Shown here in pieces: positions 47,947-52,455 of a DNA stretch of 52,455 nt. Origin of the DNA: an uncultured Cellvibrionaceae bacterium (GTDB lineage Bacteria > Pseudomonadota > Gammaproteobacteria > Pseudomonadales > Cellvibrionaceae); assembly GCA_964399955.1 (NCBI GenBank), contig CAYNST010000006.1:7103-59557 (forward strand), in the 5' to 3' direction. Every line of letters starts with the position of its first letter. Position 1 is the stretch's first letter. The translations under genes were made by a program, and so were the position numbers. Below the pieces are notes generated by a model, which was not told the DNA's origin, made no database searches, and was given only the letters and a program-made list of their open reading frames with translations.

Positions 47947-48567
47947 ATGTTTGTTGTTGAATTTTTTCAGTCCGGCGGGCCATTCATGTACGCCATTCTG
48001 GCGGTGTTTGCCCTGGGCTTTGCCATTGCCGTAGAGCGCTACGTGGTGATCTCGGCAACCCAGGTAAAAACCCGCAGCGTCTGGCGCAAGCTCACCCCCA
48101 TGCTGCGCGCCAAGGATGTCATGCGAGCAGAAATGTTGCTGCAAAGCCAGACCACGCCTTTGGCCCGGGTGCTGCATTACGGCTTTGCCAAACTGCAAAA
48201 AAATGCTAAACGCGAGGCGGTGGAATCCGCCATGGAAGAGGGCATCATGGAGGTGCTGCCCGAGCTGGAAGTGCGCACCCACTACCTGGCAACGCTTGCC
48301 AACATTGCCACCCTGCTGGGGCTGCTGGGCACCATCATCGGCCTGATTCAGGCATTTACCGCCGTCGCCAGTGCCGACCCGGCAGAAAAGGCCGACCTGC
48401 TCTCGGCCAGTATTTCCGTGGCCATGAACACCACCGCCTTCGGCTTGATCGCCGCTATCCCGCTTATTTTGATTCACTCGGTACTGGCCACCAAAACCAC
48501 CCGTCTGGTGGACCAAATAGAAATGGCCACGGTGAAATGCCTGAATTTGGTGACTGACGATCAGTAG
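47947..48567 (+). CDS. exbB: MotA/TolQ/ExbB family proton-channel protein
   Basis: 206 aa, 3 TM helices; C-terminal MNTTAFGLIAAIPLILIHSVLATK typical of ExbB/TolQ. Confidence 0.82.
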   Translation: MFVVEFFQSGGPFMYAILAVFALGFAIAVERYVVISATQVKTRSVWRKLTPMLRAKDVMRAEMLLQSQTTPLARVLHYGFAKLQKNAKREAVESAMEEGIMEVLPELEVRTHYLATLANIATLLGLLGTIIGLIQAFTAVASADPAEKADLLSASISVAMNTTAFGLIAAIPLILIHSVLATKTTRLVDQIEMATVKCLNLVTDDQ

Positions 48568-48579
48568 GCTGAATAACTC

Positions 48580-49164
48580 ATGAAACTGCGTCGCAGAAAA
48601 ATGCTGCAAGAGACTGCGGAGCTGAACATCACCGCGTTTTTGAACCTGATGGTGATCCTGGTTCCCTTCCTGCTGATCACTGCGGTTTTCTCGCGCATGA
48701 CCGTGCTGGAGCTGAATCTACCGGGCCTGGGTGAATCCGCCGCCGGTGATGAAGCGCCGGTCAAGCTGGAGCTGCAACTCTTGCTCTACCCGGACAACCT
48801 GCAACTTCGCGATGCCAATATGGGCCGCATTCGCGAATTTGCCATCGAGGACGAAACCATCAACTGGCGCCCAATCGTGGAGGTGTTGCTGGAGATAAAA
48901 CGTCGCTTTCCCGAGGAGCAGGAAATAGCCCTGCTGCTGGACCGCGCCGTGCCCTACAGATTATTGATCGAGGTCATGGACCATGTGCGCAGTGCACAAA
49001 TAGTGAATTTTGCCGCGCTGGAAGAAGTGGAGCTGTTTCCGTCGGTGTCGGTGGGGGATGCGCCGCCGGCGGGTGAGCAGCCGGACGAAGATGTGAGCCT
49101 GGACGCCCTGCCCGGCGCGCAAATTCCTGCCGAAGACGGCGAGGAGACAACGGATGCAAACTAA
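48580..49164 (+). CDS. exbD: ExbD/TolR family biopolymer transport protein
   Basis: N-terminal EL.NITAFLNLMVILVPFLLI TM of ExbD type plus a periplasmic domain. Confidence 0.82.
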   Translation: MKLRRRKMLQETAELNITAFLNLMVILVPFLLITAVFSRMTVLELNLPGLGESAAGDEAPVKLELQLLLYPDNLQLRDANMGRIREFAIEDETINWRPIVEVLLEIKRRFPEEQEIALLLDRAVPYRLLIEVMDHVRSAQIVNFAALEEVELFPSVSVGDAPPAGEQPDEDVSLDALPGAQIPAEDGEETTDAN

Positions 49165-49660
49165 ATCCCGCCGCGCACGGCGCATGGAGCGGCACCATCT
49201 GATGCGCAAGGGTTCGTCACTGAATCTGGTGTCGCTGATGGATATTTTCACCATCCTGGTATTTTTCCTGTTGGTGAATTCCTCCAACGCGCCGCAGTTG
49301 CCGGATCAAAAAGATCTGCAACTGCCCACCTCCATTGCCCAGGCCACGCCCAGGGAAACCCTGCTGCTGGCGGTGACCCCGGAAAGCCTGTTGTTGCAGG
49401 GCCGGCTGATTGCGCCGGTGGCTGAATTGCTGGAAGACGAAGAAGACATTATTGGCCCGCTGCTGCAGGCGCTGGAAAACCGCCAGGCGCCCGCCCAGGA
49501 CGATACCGGCGAAGAGCGCGGCCGGGCCATCACCATCATGGCGGATGAAAACCTGCCCTACGATCTGGTGCGCAAAATATTGGCCACCTGCCAGCAGGCG
49601 GGTTTCACTGAGATAGCCTTCGCTGCGCACCAGAAGGCCAGGCCCACAACAGCGGAATAA
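49154..49660 (+). CDS. exbD: second ExbD/TolR family protein
   Basis: SLNLVSLMDIFTILVFFLLV TM plus a periplasmic domain. Overlaps the previous gene by 11 nt. Confidence 0.82.
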   Translation: MQTKSRRARRMERHHLMRKGSSLNLVSLMDIFTILVFFLLVNSSNAPQLPDQKDLQLPTSIAQATPRETLLLAVTPESLLLQGRLIAPVAELLEDEEDIIGPLLQALENRQAPAQDDTGEERGRAITIMADENLPYDLVRKILATCQQAGFTEIAFAAHQKARPTTAE

Positions 49661-49757
49661 GGCGAGTGTGCACATTGTTTGACAAGCTTCTATTGCAGCA
49701 GAGTATCGGCCACCGCCGGCGGCAGGCTCCGCGTTTGCTCATCGGTATGCCACCGCG

Positions 49758-50735
49758 ATGACTGAGGGGACTAAACGCGCAATGCAGCCGGCAAGCTACG
49801 CCCAATTGGCCACCCACTGGCAGCCCGGGCAAAACAACAGCCGCGTGTTCTATATTCTGGCCACCCTGCTGGTGTTGCTGGCGCTGGCGGCGGGCATGGT
49901 ATTGTCGCGCATGCCTCTGCCCGAGCAGCCCGACGCCGGCCCCACCAAGGTGCCGGAGCGGGTTGCGCGTTTCATCGCGCAAAAAGAACAGCCGCCACCG
50001 CCGCCACCTCCACCGCCCCCGCGCGCGCAACCCAAGCCCGCCGAGCCCACACCCCGGCCGGAAGCGCCCCGCGTGGTGCGCCCGCGCGAGGAACCCAAGC
50101 GGGAGCCGCTCACCGACAGCCAGGCTCGCGCCCGGGAAAAAGCCGCCACCACCGGCCTGCTGGCACTGTCCAACGAGCTCAGCGAGCTGCGCGACACCAG
50201 CGCCGTGAGCGCCCAGGTCAACCGCAACCTGCGCAGCCGCGACGGCGACCGCCAGGCCGCCAGCCACAACGCCGAGCGCCTGACGCAAAACATTGAGCGC
50301 GGCAGCGACGGCGTGGACGCCAGCCAATATGCAACCGTGGCCGGCAGCAGCGAACTGGCGGCCCACGACAGCGCCGAGGTGGACGCCGCCCTGGCCGCAC
50401 GGGCAGGCGCGGATGGCCCCGCCGGAGACGCAGGCGCGCGCAATGACCGCGCCCGCTCCCAGGAAGAAATCACCCTGGTCATCGACCGCCACAAAAGCCA
50501 GCTGCAGTCCCTTTACAACCGCGCCCGCCGCAGCAACGCCAGCCTGCGCGGCAAACTGGTGCTCGCCATCACCATCGCCCCCGACGGCCGGGTCACCCAA
50601 GTGGAGGTGGTCAGCAGTGAGCTGAACGACAAGGCCCTGGAGGCAAGCCTGGCCGCCCGCGTGCGCAGCTTCCAGTTTGGCGCCAAGGATGTGCAGACGG
50701 TGACGGTCAATTACCCCATTGAATTTCTGCCCTAG
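49758..50735 (+). CDS. tonB: TonB family energy-transducer (Pro-rich spacer plus C-terminal TonB domain)
   Basis: N-terminal TM (VFYILATLLVLLALAAG), a P10 run and Pro/Glu/Lys-rich spacer, and a C-terminal TonB-C-like domain (LRGKLVLAITIAPDGRVTQVEVVSS...VTVNYPIEF). Confidence 0.78.
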   Translation: MTEGTKRAMQPASYAQLATHWQPGQNNSRVFYILATLLVLLALAAGMVLSRMPLPEQPDAGPTKVPERVARFIAQKEQPPPPPPPPPPRAQPKPAEPTPRPEAPRVVRPREEPKREPLTDSQARAREKAATTGLLALSNELSELRDTSAVSAQVNRNLRSRDGDRQAASHNAERLTQNIERGSDGVDASQYATVAGSSELAAHDSAEVDAALAARAGADGPAGDAGARNDRARSQEEITLVIDRHKSQLQSLYNRARRSNASLRGKLVLAITIAPDGRVTQVEVVSSELNDKALEASLAARVRSFQFGAKDVQTVTVNYPIEFLP

Positions 50736-51484
50736 GAGGCACTCTGGATATGCCCTCGACTCCGCAAGAGCGGTATAGGGGGCGGGGTAGCTCCTGCCAA
50801 ATCCGCGTGCGTACAAAAAATTACAATTTTGCAAGCGCGCGGAACAAGCGGTTGCCTGGTCGGCCCAACTCCGTTCAAAGTCAAAGCATTGGCTTTCTCC
50901 ACGGTTTGCGTCAAGTTAAAGCTGACAGCGAACCAGGTCGCTTACTGCAAAATGTCGCCGTCACAGCCGTTTGAATTTACCCTTGCCTGTGGCATAATCG
51001 CTGCGCAGAAGCGCCATCAAGGCCACGCTTTAGCAACACGCTTGACCGCCGCCAGGTTGTCAGACAAGGAGTGAAACGGATATGAATGTCCATGTGTGCA
51101 TGTCGCGCCCGGTGCGCGTTCTGAATTGTTCTACAGGCTTAGCCGGTGTTGCTGACGAGCTAAACAGTCACCCTTCCCGAAGCATTTTTCCAAGCAGGTC
51201 TCTGACCCTCTTGCTGTCGTCTGCGTGGGCAACAAGCGGCGTTTGCCGGCAAATTGCTCGTGTCTGCGCAAATTGGCGTCGCAGTTCGCGCAAAAGGTCA
51301 CTTTTTGCACCTTTGGCAATGGGATAAGCCTGGTTAATTGTTGTACGATGCGCGACCTCTGCACTGGCTGAACACCAGCCCCTGTTGCGTCAATCGGCAG
51401 CGCCCCGCGCAGACAACCACTGGTTTCAAAGCCGCTTGTTCTCCGGAATTTCATTTACAGCGATGTTTGGCAGGATCTACCCCT

Positions 51485-52455
51485 ATGAAAGCAACTCGAT
51501 CTGTTTCATCCAAAACCCTTCTTTCTCCGCGCAAAGCCCTGTGCGTTGCCATCGCCACCCATGTGCTCATGAGCGCACAGGTGCAGGCCGCGCCCAACAA
51601 CGGCGTGGTGGTAGGCGGGGAGGGCAGCATCGAGCAGCTGGGTAAGGAGACTACCATCAACCAGTTGAGTGACCGGCTGGCCATTGACTGGGACAGCTTC
51701 AACATCGCCGCCGATGAGCGGGTGCAGTTCATTCAACCCAGCCACTCGTCCCTGGCGCTCAACCGCGTCATCGGCAACGACGCCAGCCAAATCCTCGGCC
51801 GCCTGGACGCCAACGGCCAAGTGCTGTTGGTCAACCCCCACGGCGTCATATTTGGGCAGGATTCAGTAGTCAACGTCGGCGGTCTGGTTGCCAGTGGCCT
51901 GGATGTCAATCCACAAGACTTCATCAACGGCGACTTTGTCTTTTCCGCCGTGGACGGCACCGACGGCATCGTCATCAACAGCGGCCTGATTCAGGCGGCC
52001 TCCGGCGGGCAGGTGTCTCTGCTGGGCCAGCGGGTGGAAAACAGCGGCCTGATCAACGCTCATCTTGGCAGCGTCACCCTGGCGGCCGGCAAAGAAGCCG
52101 TGGTCACCTTTGACCCCCGCGGGCTGATCGGCGTGCGCGTCAGCAAAGAAATTCTGCAGGAAGAAATTGGCCTGGACGCCGCAGTCAGCAACAGCGGCCA
52201 GATCAACGCCGAAGGCGGCCGCGTACTGCTGACAGCCAGCGTCAGCGAAGACATCTTCACCCGCGCGGTCAACGCAGGCGACCTGCGCGCAGATACCAGC
52301 GTGGTGGTGCACGACGACGGCAGCTTTACCCTGGGCGGCGGCGCCGATGTAGTCAACACCGGCGAGCTGAACGTCGCCGCCGACAGCGGCGCAGGCCAGG
52401 TGGCACTGCTGGGTGAAAACGTCGAACACAGCGGCAGCATTGCAGCGGCCGGCAA
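51485..52455 (+). CDS. 5' part of a TpsA-type exoprotein gene (filamentous haemagglutinin/haemolysin N-terminal TPS domain); the ORF runs off the window end
   Basis: Not in the supplied ORF track because there is no stop in the window. Translation from the ATG at 51485 gives a signal peptide (LCVAIATHVLMSAQVQA), then DWDSFNIAADERVQFIQPSHSSLALNRVIGNDASQILGRLDANGQVLLVNPHGVIFG. This is the canonical two-partner-secretion TPS domain and is followed by Gly/Val/Asn-rich beta-helix repeats. Confidence 0.85.
   Translation, partial: MKATRSVSSKTLLSPRKALCVAIATHVLMSAQVQAAPNNGVVVGGEGSIEQLGKETTINQLSDRLAIDWDSFNIAADERVQFIQPSHSSLALNRVIGNDASQILGRLDANGQVLLVNPHGVIFGQDSVVNVGGLVASGLDVNPQDFINGDFVFSAVDGTDGIVINSGLIQAASGGQVSLLGQRVENSGLINAHLGSVTLAAGKEAVVTFDPRGLIGVRVSKEILQEEIGLDAAVSNSGQINAEGGRVLLTASVSEDIFTRAVNAGDLRADTSVVVHDDGSFTLGGGADVVNTGELNVAADSGAGQVALLGENVEHSGSIAAAG

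Noticed and set aside
49605-50834. 409-aa minus-strand ORF across exbD/tonB
   Set aside because: Antisense shadow of the Pro/Ala-rich TonB coding region.
50750-51327. Three 74-81-aa plus-strand ORFs in the leader upstream of the tps gene
   Set aside because: Arg/Ser/Cys-rich translations without ribosome-binding sites. This is more plausibly an untranslated regulatory region.
1-52455. CRISPR arrays, IS elements, integrases, rRNA genes
   Set aside because: No direct-repeat/spacer periodicity, no transposase- or integrase-like ORFs, and no rRNA-like conserved stretches were seen anywhere in the window.

Overview
This is a high-GC (~60%) proteobacterial chromosomal segment, and almost all of it is protein-coding. 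The real genes stand out from many long antisense shadow ORFs by sequence composition, ribosome-binding sites and family motifs.

**5' third (1-15 kb).** A coiled-coil lipoprotein and a membrane-anchored hypothetical protein, both on the minus strand. A zinc-ribbon membrane protein. An orphan Anbu-type proteasome homologue, translationally coupled to tlyA. A DUF423 protein and a CPXCG mini-protein. An NfeD-like (YqiJ-type) protein paired with a YqiK-type flotillin. A DUF2059 protein. A 1751-aa protein with a C-terminal AAA_5/MoxR-type ATPase, co-transcribed with a rhomboid protease. A small basic protein on the minus strand.

**Middle (~15.3-47.4 kb).** A complete type VI secretion system. hcp-vgrG lie on the plus strand, followed by three secreted/lipoprotein TPR proteins and a small secreted protein. 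A minus-strand operon runs tssA-tssB-tssC-tssC'-tssE-tssF-tssG-clpV-(SDR oxidoreductase). Divergent from it on the plus strand is tagH(fha)-tssJ-tssK-tssL-tssM-tagF-pppA-ppkA. The ppkA kinase carries a C-terminal FGE-sulfatase-like domain.

**3' end.** A small ORF, then exbB-exbD-exbD-tonB, then a ~750-bp leader. The plus-strand ORF beginning at 51485 is absent from the supplied ORF track because it runs off the window end. It encodes the N-terminal TPS domain of a TpsA/filamentous-haemagglutinin-type exoprotein.

**Not found.** No rRNA, tRNA, CRISPR, transposase or integrase.

Coding tandem repeats and several GC-rich hairpins are listed as features, and a G10 homopolymer tract under the findings.
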